A stretch of 60,777 nt of DNA, filler included, from Piptocephalis cylindrospora (lineage: Eukaryota): the NCBI GenBank assembly GCA_003614145.1. It is 4 parts of 4 records of this genome, joined end to end, with 100 filler letters (N's around TTAATTAATTAA, not from the genome) between each part and the next. Parts side by side here need not be neighbours in the genome. Positions count along the whole stretch, not along the records: positions 30,705 to 45,744 come from KZ987906.1; positions 45,845 to 60,777 come from KZ987908.1; 2 more parts are not named here. One strand, given 5' to 3'. Of this stretch, positions 39,277-52,574 are shown piece after piece. The translations under genes and the position numbers were made by a program. The notes beneath the pieces are model-generated. The model was not told the origin of the DNA, ran no database searches, and was given only the letters and a program-made list of their open reading frames with translations. Position 1 is the first letter of the stretch; every line of letters starts with the position of its first letter.

Positions 39277-40833
39277 TCACCGCTGTCGATCATTCTCGCC
39301 CACAAGGAAGGAAGCACGAGGATGGATCTTCCCCAAAGGTACATCCTCTTCATCTTCCTCTTCTTTGTCGAGATGACCATATCTGCCAACCATGCTTTCA
39401 GGTTCAAAGGGTATCCTTCTCTGGATATGTGGGTATTCTTGATCCATCCCATTCCTCATAGGTTGTACTGGCCTATCCAGCATACTCTCCACCTCCACTT
39501 CACCTAAACTTATATCATCATCTGATTCGCTATCGTAGTATGAGGCCAAAGAACTGTCCGAGTTCGATTCCTCGGATCCTGAGGAGTCCAACGTCCATCG
39601 ACGTTCCCCAGGGATCAAGTATCTCTCCGCCCCCTTTTCTGCATTATCCAGGGCACCCCGTATTGGCACATGACCTCTAGGAGGGTATGCTTGGGTTGGC
39701 GGCCTTTGCTTACCTCGCTGCATAAGCGAAGGAGGGGCCTTATCCGCCCTTTTTTGCTTCTCATACTCCATAGGTGGCCATACCAAGGGCCCCTTCCCCT
39801 CTTGATGAGTGGTGAATATGTTGTAAGATGAGCAGTCATTTTTAGCCTAGGAATCCCTACCTACACCTATATTTTACACCCACACGTACCTTTCTTCATT
39901 ACGGAGATGGGAAAAGAAAGCCCAGTGCCAAGGGGCTTCACAGGCAGGATCCAGGAAGCCCAAGACGACCCAAGTAAGGACCGGAAGTTAGCCCTCGGCC
40001 CCAAATCATAAGGAAACGTGGCTTCGGGGATACGGCCTTGTTGGATCATCTTCCGGATCTTATCCATTTCCCAACTCTCAATCGTCGATGTCCCATAGCC
40101 CGTGCAGTAAACCTGGTAGGCAAAGAGGCCTCCCACCATGATGAGGACCATGGCACTCCCAATCATGTTTAGCGCAAGGAGGACAACCTGGTGAAGCTCT
40201 GGAGGAGGTGTGTAGGTGACGGGATCATAATAGCTTTGGTTGGTCTGGTAAAGGTGGAAGAGGTGCAGACAAAGTAAGATGCCAATATAGCTGCATCCGA
40301 GGACCACAGAAAAGAGGAACCGGAGGAAATGTCCATGATTCCCATGGCCCACACAGTTGTTCAACCAAGGACAATGGTGATCCATGCGCAAAACGCATCG
40401 ACCACACGAGGAACAATGGTGGGCTCTAGGTGGCTTATGGGATCGGCATGTCCGGCAGTATCTCAGCTGAACACGGCCGCTTTTCTTTCTCTCGACGATC
40501 ACAGCATTCTCCGGGGGTTCCTGGGCAGTAGTCAAAAAGGCAATAGTTAAAGAGTCAATGAGGAGGAGGGGAGAAACGGCGTGATGACCCATCACCCCCA
40601 CCTACCCATTCCTTGGGTACCCTTCCAGGATCGGTGTTGCAAGCGAGGTAGTAATGCCACCAGATCAGGCCCACAAAAACATTGAAGGGAACAAGCTTTC
40701 TCCAGGTCTCGGCGGACCCAAATCCCCCGTAGGCTGGGACGAGGACATAGTATTGAGAGGTGAGCTGAATAAAGGCGATGAGCAAACATACAAGGCCCAC
40801 CACCGCGGCATCCAAGAGACGATAGATGTCCAT
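39277..40833 (-). CDS. PFA4: DHHC palmitoyltransferase, Pfa4-like
   Basis: YYLACNTDPGRVP, RYCRTCRSHKPPRAHHCSSCGRCVLRMDHHCPWLNNCVGHGNHGHFLRFL, TSTIESWE, FPYDLG and WPP. Confidence 0.88.
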
Positions 40834-41325
40834 GGCCCTCAACAGGTTGATGCTAGTGTCTGAATGGGATGGTGAGTAGAGATGCAAGGGAAGGAGGATG
40901 CTGTCTGGGCCGTCCCCGCCAACTCATGATCTCTTCCCCAGGAAGGTCACTATTCGTCAGCTGGCTGTGTCCAGGGGATGCAATCTCATCCAAATAACGC
41001 TAAACTGGCTAATTTCGACTGAAATCCCACGGGGAGTGTGGCATATACTGCTGATGGCATGAAGATCCCTTCTCTCATTATTGAAACTCCGCTATCAAGT
41101 ATCATTCCAAACTGGGTCCTTTTCGTGACTCAGATTTAGGTACTTTATTGCCAATTTCTACCCATGACTTCATCTGTATCCTGCCTAGCCTATCTCACCA
41201 GCCATTCTGCATGGGTAGGAAGGGGAAGGTCGTGGAGGGAAACAAGGTTGGTCAGCCTTGACAAGGACCTTGGTTCCTACCACATTATTACTGTTCCTCT
41301 CCATCCCTAGCTTCAACTCACTACA

Positions 41326-43567
41326 ATGTTCAAACGCCCTTTCCAGGCCAAGGCCTTTGCTCCTATGAGGTCCTCGGACCGAAGACGCCTCCTCAAGGAT
41401 CTGTACTCTCAATATCCCTCGTTGAATCCTATTTCAAACCCTCCAGAGGCCGAGGCTGCCCAGGAGGGGAATACTGAGGCTGAGCTTACCAATCTTAAGG
41501 AACAGGACAAGGGGGCCAAGGCCACTATCCTACCCGACACAGTGCTCAGTGCGAAGGCTTCTACACATACAGGGGAACCCATTGTTGCCTACACTGACAC
41601 GGAGGGGAAACCCCTGTGGGTTCGTCTAGATGTGGAGAAGCATGGAAGGAGAAGGGAAAAGTTCATGCCGACGGGTAAGAGGGTGGACTAGCTACTGAAG
41701 GATCCTCAATTTTGAGAACCCTATCTTTAATTCGCACCACCCACTTCCTCTCTAGTCTATACCCTATGGGAACATCCCGACCTTTTCCCGACCATCTGCA
41801 CCCATGCGCCTGTTGTCCCTATCCTCCTTGGAGGCGCAGATCTAATGCTGCCTGGGGTGGTCATACCTGCAGAAGGTTTTCCCGATCTCCGAGAGGGCGA
41901 TTGGGTCTCCATCACCATCAGTGGTCATAAGTAAGACTTTGGTTCTGAGATATCGTGGGCCATGCTATAAGGTAAAGTGCGTATAATATTCACTCGCTAA
42001 CCCTCTATCCCTTCTTCTTTTATCAGGGCCCCACTTGCCGTAGGAATGATGGCCGTAGATACCAAGAAGCTGACGAGGGATCGCCAGGGCCGATTGCACG
42101 GTCGATGCGTCCACATTCTCCATGTCTATAGAGACTTTCTATGGAAGCACGGTGGTAAGACCCACCCTCCAGACCTTAGTGAGGTCCGACACATGAAGTC
42201 ACAAGGGCCCGATGGAGTCGAGAAGGACGATGATGAGGAATGCACGGATATTCCTACGCCCAGTAAGGTGGAGCAAAGCGAAGGGGAAAGGAAGGAACCT
42301 CGAATGCCGGTCGAAGAGGTGGATTCCCACCTCCAGCAGGCCCTACTTCATGCTCTCTGCGTCAAGATTGGTTCTCAACACGCCTCTTCTCTCCTTCCCA
42401 TCTCCGCTTCCCTTTTGTACGAGACATACATTTTACCCTGCCGCCCACCTGGCTCCAAGGCCGATATCAAGCAAAGCAGTTGGAAAAAGATTTCCAAATT
42501 CCTCAAAGTCATGGATAAGGAAAAGCTCATGAGGGTCAAGGAGGTCCGTGGGGATCTACAGGTTTTGAGCGTAAACTGGAAGCACAAGTTCATCACCGGT
42601 TTCGTTCCCCAAGAGACCATCGAATCCACAGGGAAGACAAAGGGAGGATCCGAGAAGGATGGGGAGGCTAAGTCTAAGGCCAAGGAAGGGGGGAGCCAGG
42701 CTTCCGCGGGCGGTTCTAACAAGGCTGGGCAGGTTCGTGTGGAGTACTACTACAAGCCCAACCATCCCACTGGACACCTCTTCATTGCTCAAGATGCCCC
42801 CAAAGATAAATTCTACGACGCTTTGGGGGTGAAGCAGGTTCTTCAGGATTACCTAGATGAAAATGATCTCGTCAACCAAAGGAACAAAAGGTAATTTTAT
42901 CCCTAAAGCAAAGTAATCCAGAGCGAGTGGTTTACTTGTGCTCACCCCTCTACCCTGAATAGATTGGTGATTCTGGATCTTCTGCTCTCGGATATGATTC
43001 TTGGCAAAGATGAACGCAACGGGATTCAGGAGATGCCAAGGGATACTGTACTTCAAAGGTAAGGTTCGATGTATTGGCTATACGAACTTCCCTGCATTCA
43101 TTTCCTCCTTACATCCCATTATATCCTCCTTAGGATCCTAGATAAGATGCAATCTCATTATCTCTTGCACCTTCCTGGCCAGGATCCTCAGATGAGAAAG
43201 GGCTCTGCCACCCCCTTGGGCGTTCATTTGGAGAAGCGACAGGGGAGAAAAGTGGTCACCCGAATCACTGGTCTGGATTCTTGGGGCCAAGATGTAGACG
43301 AGATTGCCAAGGTCCTTCAAGTGGCCTGTGCCGGTAGTGCATCAGGTAAGTGACGAGGTTAGACACTGATTTGCCTGTACTATTTGTCTAAATCTGCCGT
43401 TTCCTCCCATGGCAGTGCAACAGCAGAATGGGGCGAAGCCCGGGGTGATGGAGGTGCAGATCCAGGGGGATCAAGGGTCCAAGGTCATGGATCTACTCAC
43501 TTCCCGAGGTATCCCTGGAAAATTCATTCGACTGGACTCTAAGGGCTTGGATAAGAAGAAGAAATAG
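41326..43567 (+). CDS. TMA64: Translation (re)initiation factor eIF2D/Tma64 (PUA, SWIB and SUI1 domains)
   Basis: MFKRPF..MRSSDRRRL, PTVYTLW, LGGADLMLPGV, DIKQSSWKKISKFLK, EKRQGRKVVTRITGL, EVQIQGDQ; stop at 43565-43567. Confidence 0.92.
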
Positions 43568-45326
43568 GCGTAGTGCGTACGAAAGGGAGTTTGGAATACT
43601 GAAGGACACTGGAGACAGTAGGGGTAGCCTGGATTGAATTGGGCGGTTGGATGAGTCATTAGACCGATAGAGGTTTCGTTTGAGAAGTGGGCTTCTAGCT
43701 TATGGACCAGGACGTCTTCGCTTTCTGATGCAGTAGGTCAAGTGTTTTTTATTGCTTGATCTACGCCCAATATCCTACTCGAGTAGGTGGACTAGTTATC
43801 TCTGGCCATGGCAGGAGTGAGTGAATGTTTTAGTACGATGCATGAAGAAAGGGAATACACATCCCCTGCACTCAGCCACCCATGTTTCATGCATTTCGTC
43901 CCATACATATCGTCCTCATGATGGGGGCAAGGTTACTGAGTTGGATATGATCAGGTAATGTACCTTTTTTCCTACTTGTGGATGAATAGGATATTATACT
44001 GTCCAGACGATAATAAGTATGGGGAAAGACGTCACAACTAATACGCCCTAGAATGAATATATCTACAGGCAACGACAAAGAGGAAAATGCCATCAAATAG
44101 AGAGCATCCATGCTCGGCCTACAGGTGTATCCTGAGACAAGTTAGCGTACAGCAGATGCATGATGCAGGGTGGAGGGGGACATGTCGAAGTCAGGAGGGA
44201 CCTAGTGAACTCCAAACCCCTTTCATCTTTCTTTCGATACCAAGGCTCATTGGGGGATCCATAGTTTTTGTCCATACCTGGCTTCAGGGGCAAAGGGTCC
44301 CTTTGGGTGTCGACATGCATGGTACATTTCCTGGACAGGAAGAAAGGGGGTGCATAGTGGGAGGGAAACATACACCTGCTTATCACATGCATTGCTCATT
44401 CGATGGTGGGATAAATTGTTTAAAAGGAATGGGCCTTACCCATGGGTGGATTCCTCTTCACCATCTCATCGATCCGTTCTTCCCTCCTTCCATACCATAC
44501 CTCTTTCTATAACGCTCTACCCTTCCATTACCATCGTGACCCTACTTTCTCAACCCTTGCAGCCCTAGCTTCGTTCTCTGCGTCGAGTGCAACAGCCCCC
44601 AACCCTAGAGTCACCTCGCTTCCCACATCTTGCATCCTTCCTTCATCATCGTTTCTTGAGGCTCATTACGACACTGGTGGCCTTGCCTGATTCCTTTCAA
44701 CCTCTCCACGACGATCTCTCCCCTTTACTATAAAATCATCCTTCCTCAAACCGCACCGTCATCTCGGCCTATCCTCAACTTTGCTGAATATTCCCTTGTC
44801 CACTTGAACAGCCATGACTCTTCGAAGTAAAAAGGGTCAGGCCAGGCCTGAGCATCGACCGAACCCCCCTCACTCCCCCATTACTACCCGCCGGTTTCTT
44901 GCCAACCATTCAGCGGCCATTGCTCCTCTCTCTCCCGGGCATAGTGGTGGAGAAGGAAGGGTGTTGGTGACGACAGGGATCCGAGCTCAGAGCTCCCGGG
45001 TAAGCTCGGGGAAAAAGGGAAGGATTGGGGGAAAGCGGTCTTGGAGAAACCACCCTCCTCCTCCCCCTCCTCCTCCCCTACCGCCTCCTTCGATGATCGC
45101 CTCGGGCCCCATTCATGGTGAGGAGGGTATCGGCTCCTGGGACTCGATAGAGTCTGGGGGGGGGGTAGGGATGAAAGAGTCGGGGAGTAGGCCTGGGCCC
45201 TCCCTGGTCACTCCGATTCATTCGGGGAATAGCACGACCACAGACCATTCGATTTCTAGTGTGGAGGTGTTAGAAAGTAGTTCTGACACGCCGGGTCCAT
45301 CTCCCACTCCACAATCAGGATCGGGA

Positions 45327-45744
45327 TCAGGAGGAAAAAGCAGTGGATTCCACGGATGTGGCAAAGACCGCAGGAAGACTTGGAATCTCCTCGGTAGGGG
45401 TCGTCACAGGTGGGACAGGCATGGCTAGAGAAGAAAAACTGGCTCTCCTAAGAAATCCTCGAGTCATCCTCCATGCCTCCCCTCCAGAGGGAAGGGAGGG
45501 CCGGCGGCCTTTGTACCGGGATCCCTTGGTCTCCACCGGCGTCCGATCCCCTTCCTCATCGTCCTCCTCTTCTTCATTTTCCTCTAGAATGGCCAAGTTA
45601 GAGGTCAAAGAAGGAATAAAATCCGGTGGACAATTGGGCAAGGCATTCCCTGAGGAGGAGGGTGGTTTCTCCAAGACCGCTTTCCCCCAATCCTTCCCTT
45701 TTTACCCGAGCTTCCCCGGTAGCTCTAAGCTCGGATCCCTGTCG
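45327..45744 (-). CDS. Possible low-complexity C-terminal fragment of a gene truncated at the contig end
   Basis: Open frame runs from the contig edge to a stop at 45327, with an acidic run and RRPS/RRAS sites. No recognisable domain. Confidence 0.3.
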
Positions 45745-45844
45745 NNNNNNNNNNNNNNNNNNNNNNNNNNNNNNNNNNNNNNNNNNNNTTAATTAATTAA
45801 NNNNNNNNNNNNNNNNNNNNNNNNNNNNNNNNNNNNNNNNNNNN
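45745..45844. other. Artificial contig-joining linker
   Basis: N-run, TTAATTAATTAA, N-run; 100 nt. Confidence 0.97.
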
Positions 45845-46067
45845 GTTCGGCGACCGAGGCCAAGAGGCGAACCTGGTCGGTATCGGTAAGGTTGAGACGT
45901 AGAAGCTGGTGGCCGTCATATCGTACCCGAGTATCCCTGTCGGCACGGTAAGGAGGAGAATTTGCGCCTCTACGGCTCCGAACCGAGAAGAGGTACAGAG
46001 TAGTGAGGGTGACGCATAGGGTGACAGCGGTGAGAATGCGTACGAAAAATCTTTGTGGCAGGATCAT
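45845..46067 (-). CDS. N-terminus of a probable M14 zinc carboxypeptidase (Ecm14-like), truncated at the contig end
   Basis: Signal/anchor helix followed by RVRYDGHQLLRL, resembling the start of the carboxypeptidase activation peptide. Confidence 0.55.
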
Positions 46068-46778
46068 GGGGGATTGAGGATGCAATGAACAGGGAGGGGA
46101 GAGAGGAAGAGGGGAGGGGAGAGAGGAGGAGAGGACGAGTACAAGAGGAGAAGAGGAGAAGAAAGTGCTTGTAATGAGTAGAGAAGGATGTAAAGGATGG
46201 AGGTGGGGAAAGAGGGAAAAAGGGAGACAAGAGGTAGTGGTGGGAAGAAGGAGAGAGTGGTGGGATAGTGAGAGGATGGAAGACAAGTCTCCTCTTTGTA
46301 CTTGGCGGAGGATGAAGAAGGGGAGGGGGGATAGGAAAGTAGTGCACACCAAACACGCACGCCCTCACTTCATCATCCACACACTCTCTATGCGAGAAGG
46401 AGAGTGGGAAGGGAGAGTCAGAGGGTTGAGAGATGAGGTACACAGCATGGAGGAAAAGGGATGGAGAGGCGGGTTTTTACTGTACTTTCCGTCATCCGCT
46501 GTCGACGTGTCGGGGTTCCATGAGCTGTGGAAAAAAGGGGTGCAGAGACAGACATGAACGTTTTTGTGGTAGATAGGGAGAGAGGAGGAAGAAAAGGAGA
46601 GGAGAGTGAGAGTAAGCTGGAGAGAGGGACAAGGCGAGCGGCAAAGATGGTCGTCAGTCAGTTGAGTTGCCCCACACACACCTTCGTCCATATTCGTCGT
46701 AGATTCATGGGCTGATAGCAGGGTGGAGAGGGTGATTGGTAGGAAGACTACAAGACAAATAGGGCTGGGACAGGAGAA

Positions 46779-46781
<3 letters not shown>

Positions 46782-46811
<30 letters not shown>
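46782..46811. repeat. (GT)15 microsatellite
   Basis: Perfect dinucleotide run. Confidence 0.95.
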
Positions 46812-46813
<2 letters not shown>

Positions 46814-47878
46814 AATATGACCAAGTGTACAGAGGGCTGATGAAAGGAGGACAGTATTATGGGCCGACAGTCCTGAAGGATGCAGTGGGTGTACGACAAT
46901 GATACACGCGGTCCTTCTTCCTGTTCCGTGCATGCAGACGCGCACACCTGACTGACTTTTGCTAGCCGGCCTTGTTCTCTGTTGTCATGTCCTCTGCACG
47001 CTCACTCCATCCTCTTCTGCCTTACGGAGCGAGGAGTAGCCGACAAACAGTCTGTGCCTCTCTCGGGCTGTTATTATTCCCGGGCATGGCATGAGAGAAA
47101 GATTGAAGGAAAAAGGAGGCTGAGTCTCCTCCTTTTAGACTCATCACGCTCTCCTCTCCTCCCCTTGATCCTCGGAAGCATATGTGCATCGGCCCGAAGC
47201 AGTAAAAAAGAAAGGTCCCATGCACCTCCCCTTCACCTGCATCGTCATCGATGATCAAATAAAGGGTGAGTTGAAGCGGTGCTGAGAAGGAAGAGAATAT
47301 CGCCATCACACGAGTTTGCCCATCCTTTATCCTTCCCCCGATGGATCAGGTAAGGAATGGAAGATGCAGTCATCCCATCTGCACTAAGAACATATGAAAT
47401 ACAGGCCAGTCTATCCTCCTCCCTCAACAGAATAAGGGTATTCAAAAAAAGAGTAAAATGGCCTTGGTAAGTATTGAACCGAGCACCGTCAGTATAGGGC
47501 GGGACACTTAATCTAAGATACGCCGGTAGACCATCCCACAACTGGAAGAAAGGATTTTGTGGCTTATTCTATTCTACTGTATTATAGTGAGACTGGTTTA
47601 AAGCAACCATGTTTCCTTCCTCCAAGGCCATGGAAATGGCTTGCTTGCTTCTTTCAATTATTTTCAAACCCTTTATATGCCTTTCCATCTATTCCAAACC
47701 ATAAACTGGTCTGTACAGGAAAAATAGAGTTGACTTGTGATTATTCATCAAGATGACAAGAAATCTCTCCAAATCTCTATAATAAATTCCATTCAGTGAA
47801 CATGATTGGGGTCCCCTAATTATTTCTCATTCTTTAGAAAATAAATACCATTGCACTGTTAATCAAGAACTCTGCATG

Positions 47879-47938
47879 CTGTGTTCGGATGCCCATCCGC
47901 CTACCCCACTGGGGAAAATAAAATGGGTTTATCATCAC
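47879..47938 (+). mobile_element. 5'-truncated copy of the same SINE/LINE 3' tail
   Basis: TGTGTTCGGATGCCCATCCGCCTACCCCACTGGGGAAAATAAA is near-identical to 14438-14480. Flanked by a 15-bp direct repeat CAAGAACTCTGCATG (47864-47878 and 47939-47953). Confidence 0.88.
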
Positions 47939-48030
47939 CAAGAACTCTGCATGAAACCTGCTAAAAAGTGTACCACAACAATCATTCATTCATATCCATG
48001 TCCCCCATATCCATACCCATACGCAAAAGC

Positions 48031-49508
48031 TCAAACCCCAAACAACTCAGGACCCTGAGATTGAACATAATCCTCACAAGCCTCCACATCATCACCCCAA
48101 GCCCGGAGACGTTGGTGCATACCGTTGATCTGATCCAGATCGAGGAAGCGGGGTTGGACCCAATTGACTTCGATCACCCGGTCTACCTCGTCGATGCTTC
48201 CCCGGATAAGGTTAAGGGAGAGGGCCTTCATCACCAGATGCTCCACCTCCTCCTCCTGGCCCAATTGAGCCTCCTTGGCCACCTCCCCAAACGCCAAGCG
48301 CCGACTACCCTTACCTCCCCCACTACCTCCGGTCCTACGGAAGACCGTCTCGATCAGCGCCTCCAGCCGGATCTTTTGCCTGAGGAAGGCCGAGTGCTCC
48401 TGGAGGATGGGTTCCCCAGGAATCTGCGTCTCTAACTGATCCCAGGCCCCAATATCTCCGCGGTTAAAGGCCACAAGGGCCTGGGCCAACCAAGAGTACT
48501 GGGCCCCAGGGGACGAGGGTCCCTGGATGGCCTGGAGAATTGGGTGGGCCAGGAGATCGCCAAAGTTATAGATCGTGTCGCCCACCAGGGCGGCAATGGC
48601 TAGATCCTTTGCCCTCCCCACTCTCTCCTCCTCATTCAACGCATCCACTCGAACGCACCCAAGGTACAAAAGGGCATTCTTGTAGTAATCCCCAAAGTCT
48701 CCCTTTTGCTGTTGAAGGGTATGAGTAGGGGATGGAAAAGGCAGAGATCCCTCTTCCAGAACTCACCTTATGGTACTCAGCGGCCACACGGTAGTAAGAG
48801 GCATGGACCGAGGTCTGGGGAGCGGTCTTGGACGCAAGGAGATCTAGTGCCATACCACATTCGGTGATGACCTCCCAGGACTCAGTAAGGTCTCCGAGGA
48901 GGAGTCGGTAATGCAAGGCCTCCATACGAGCTTGGATGTGGGCAGCTTGAACTGTGTCCTCCACGTCATCCGTTTCTTCCTGCAGAATGGCAATCCCTCC
49001 ACGCACTGTTTTTTTCTCCAGCAGTTCCTTCGCCACTCCATCAAGGAAGGTTGAGGCTTCTTTTAGCTCTATAGACGGTAGAAGTAAGAATAAGGGAATC
49101 GAGCTACATCCCATCTCCCTCTCCTCCCCATCTCTTCATCAACTCACCGGAGTACTGCCGGGAGGTGTAGACTGCAAGTTCAATCCACTTTAATGGGTCA
49201 AGACGAGTTTGGAAATGGGTGATAAAGTGCTGGTAAAGTGGGATCAGACGGGGCCCAACTCCCTGTTCCTGGACAAAGGAAAGGAGATCCAGGGTCAATT
49301 GATGCCATAGTCTAGGGAAGAAGAGATGGGTCAGGTCACAAGTCAAGATCATCCTAGGTCCTGTTTTGGGAATTGAATAGTAGACCTACTTTCGCTCATA
49401 GTGCTCCTCAAACCTAGGGTAGTAGGCCTTGAGGGCAGGGTTTGCCTCCTGTCCTTGCTGTCCCTGTAGGAAGGAACGAACCGAGCTGTCGATATCCAAA
49501 GGACTCAT
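48031..49508 (-). CDS. RPN9: 26S proteasome lid subunit Rpn9 (PSMD13)
   Basis: FEEHYERKLWHQLT, AALVGDTIYNFGDLLAHPIL, LRQKIRLEALIE, EVEHLVMKALSLNLIRGSIDEVD..VNWVQPRFLD (PCI domain). Confidence 0.95.
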
Positions 49509-50092
49509 GATGCGATGTGGGAAGGGAGGGATGTGGGAAGGGATGGAGCGGGATCAGATGGAACGAGATGGGATGGGAAGAAGGGAAGGTTTATGGAGAC
49601 AAGGAGGACTTGCGCGTTCATCATCATCTCACCATTTCTGGTGGGAGACACACACACACACCACCCATCATCCCCGCCCCCTAGCGCGCCGCACCCACAT
49701 TGCACCTAGCTGTACTTGAGGGAACAGTGTGGGGGCCAGAGTGAGGGAGGAAAGATTGGGTCACCACCATTACTACTGCTCAACTCCGCACACATCCGTC
49801 CTGCACTCAGGGAGAAACGTTGAGAGGGATGATCCCGTCCATTCCATGGTCAGACAAGATCTGTATAATCTGCTGTTCATGAGGAATGCTTAATGATGTC
49901 TCTAGTTCTTAGTAGCGTTATTACGAGCGATGGCTGATTAAAACTCATTTCAATAATAAAAATACCTTTTCCATGCCACCATCGTAGATATATTTGAAGG
50001 AGAGCATCTGAAAGAGACCAAGGAAACTCCCCTGACTCCACAAGCTTCCCACTAAAAAAAGATAAAATACACACACATCAATCCTCATGAGC

Positions 50093-51826
50093 CTACCTCA
50101 ATCGACGGAGGACATAAAGGATGGCCGCGGTCCAGGCCCCAAGCGCTGCAATACCCATGCCTCCTTGCATAAACCTCCTCATCCTCCCCACCTCCCTTCC
50201 TGTTTTTGGTCCATGAGCCGCGCCAGGTCGATGGTGCGCTAGCCTTGGTGGAAGGGCTCCCAGTAGACCCTTCACCTGAGCCTCCAGGCGTCGAATACGG
50301 AATTGGAGTGAAGATAGGGTAGCAGGGCTACTTGATCCCGATCCACCGCTCCCTGACCCAGGTCCAGGGCTGAGTGATCTAGACGGATTGATTACTGGTA
50401 CAGAAGGAGGCGGCGACCCCCTCCTACCCTCCTCCTCCTCTTTCACTCCTCCCTTCAAGTTGGAGGAGAGTGCTGTGGGGCCCTCCGCATATCCCAATGG
50501 AAGAAGTCTAGTGTCTTCAGAATGAGGAGGAGGCACCTCCTCCAACTGCTTCACCAACTTGATAAAGCCTTGAGGGATCGCCTTGGTGGCCACGTACTTG
50601 ACCACGGACCCGGGGATCCAACCTTTGAGGTCCCCCTCCACCAGCTGGAGCACTGTACACGACTCTTTCCCCTGCGCCTCATGCCTCTCCTTGACAGGTC
50701 TTACCCATTGCCCCGCCACGCCAGCATGCATCCGGACCACACCGCCCGTAGGATCGGCCGGACAGTCCGGATGGGTGGTGGATTGTGTGACCCCGAGAAG
50801 ACCTCCTCCCTCCTTCGGGCTCAAACGACGGATGTGCGAAAGAAGGCACAGATCTCGGGCAGATGTGGGCCACACTGGCTTGGTCTGGACGTGAGTGACG
50901 TTCGTGGACGGCGAGAGGGATTGCACAATCCCCGAGTATGCGCACATATCATCCCATTCGGTTCGCCGGGATGGGTCAGCTAGTAGATCAAAGGCTGTCC
51001 CCGATGCCACGGGGATCGTCGCCTCAATGCGGTACCGAAAGGCTGCTTTCTGATGTCGATGTACCTGAAGGAGAAAGGGCGAGGTTTGGGTGTGGACAAG
51101 AATCCAGTCCTCCGTCGTTTCCAGATTCTGATTCGCCATGGCCAAGAACTCCTGGACAAGTCCCTCGCACTCCTTGGCAATAGGGGAAAGATACTCTTTT
51201 CCTTTGATGTCCTGGGAGGAGGATTCAGCCATTTGCTCGGTGTTTTCTTGGACAAAAAGACCATTCCTTTCCTGACCCTTGTCTCCTGGAGTAGAAGAGC
51301 TGTCCACTCTACGATCAGCGCTTGGTTGGAGAGAGGGACCCTTGCCCCCTTGAGTGGATGAAGGGAGGGAATGATCTACTAGGGTGGAGGGTAGGGCATG
51401 GGAAGAGGAAATGATTTGTCGATCAGGCGGGATGTATGATGGGGAAGATCGGTTTCGGGGAAGGGCGTACTGAGTAGCCAAACTTAAAACTGGATCAGCC
51501 GAGGCCAGGACATCTGGCCGATTAACCAGTCGAGACATGTACACCATTTGTACCAAGGTCATCACCAGAAGTTGGAAGAGAATACAATGCAGTCGGTCCA
51601 CTTGACCCTGAAAGAGTGCTTCATTCAGCATTAGGAGCACGGGGACTGGGGTTGCCATCAGCGCTAATCTGGGTATGAGACTAAGGGGCGTTGTTGTCGT
51701 CACTACGGTTGGGGTGGAGACAGAAAGGGTTTGAACAGGTCCAGTCCTTCCATTGGGAATCAATGGGGTAGACTCCTCCAGGGTAGTGACGTCTGTCTTT
51801 GGGGGATACGCAGGATTAGGGGACAT
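50093..51826 (-). CDS. START-domain lipid-binding protein with predicted membrane segments
   Basis: RRTEWDDMC, KPVWPTSARDLCLL, GVVRM and DLKGWIPGSVV are START motifs; hydrophobic segments near both termini. Confidence 0.85.
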   Translation of the reverse strand: MSPNPAYPPKTDVTTLEESTPLIPNGRTGPVQTLSVSTPTVVTTTTPLSLIPRLALMATPVPVLLMLNEALFQGQVDRLHCILFQLLVMTLVQMVYMSRLVNRPDVLASADPVLSLATQYALPRNRSSPSYIPPDRQIISSSHALPSTLVDHSLPSSTQGGKGPSLQPSADRRVDSSSTPGDKGQERNGLFVQENTEQMAESSSQDIKGKEYLSPIAKECEGLVQEFLAMANQNLETTEDWILVHTQTSPFLLQVHRHQKAAFRYRIEATIPVASGTAFDLLADPSRRTEWDDMCAYSGIVQSLSPSTNVTHVQTKPVWPTSARDLCLLSHIRRLSPKEGGGLLGVTQSTTHPDCPADPTGGVVRMHAGVAGQWVRPVKERHEAQGKESCTVLQLVEGDLKGWIPGSVVKYVATKAIPQGFIKLVKQLEEVPPPHSEDTRLLPLGYAEGPTALSSNLKGGVKEEEEGRRGSPPPSVPVINPSRSLSPGPGSGSGGSGSSSPATLSSLQFRIRRLEAQVKGLLGALPPRLAHHRPGAAHGPKTGREVGRMRRFMQGGMGIAALGAWTAAILYVLRRLR

Positions 51827-52574
51827 ATGAAGAGAGAGGGAGAGAGAAGGGGGGCAGGGGAGAGGAGAAGGAGAAAGAAGAGTGATGACTTCCCGGGCTG
51901 GTCCACCACTCCAGTTCAATCCATGTGCTTTTGTATTGATTACTAGCAGTGGGAACCGAGGTAATCTTCATGTCATTTGCCCTGTTCCTATAAGGAGTGG
52001 AAGTGTGTGTAGCTGTCGTTATATCCACCATCTCCCCACACACATGATTCACTTGGGATATTCCTCACACTGTGCATGCTGCTGTGCTATACATACTCAG
52101 GTAGTGGTGTGGGATGAGACCTCGTCTCATCCACCCAATACTGATACTGGTGTGATCAAGCCCTCATCTCCCTTTTCCGGACGTGTGCCGCTTGGGTGCT
52201 TTTGGAGCGGTCTCACCTGCCCGAGACCCTTCCTCTTATCATTATGACCCCTCATTCTCCATCAATCGCGGTAAATAACCTAGAGAGGGCATGGAATTGG
52301 AGATGGGTGGTAATGTATGAGCCTGTGTATCGTTAGACGCTCTTCATATCTCTTACTTGATAAGAAAAGACTCCTGAGAAGGAAAATGACATCAGATTTA
52401 TACGCGTCATGATGATCATCGTTCCAGGCTGAATTTTCTTTTTGATAGTTATCCACTCCTTTCAATTATCTTTATTATTCTCGGATGTATAATTTTCAAC
52501 TACCCCACTCAACCTGTTCTCTCTCCTTCCATTCCTTCTCTCTTTCTCTCTCTCGATTTCTTCCTCCCACTAGC

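Noticed and set aside
44814..45428. 204-aa plus-strand Pro/Gly/Ser-rich ORF
   Set aside because: Low-complexity, no domain, and overlaps an equally plausible minus-strand frame; cannot be supported as a gene.
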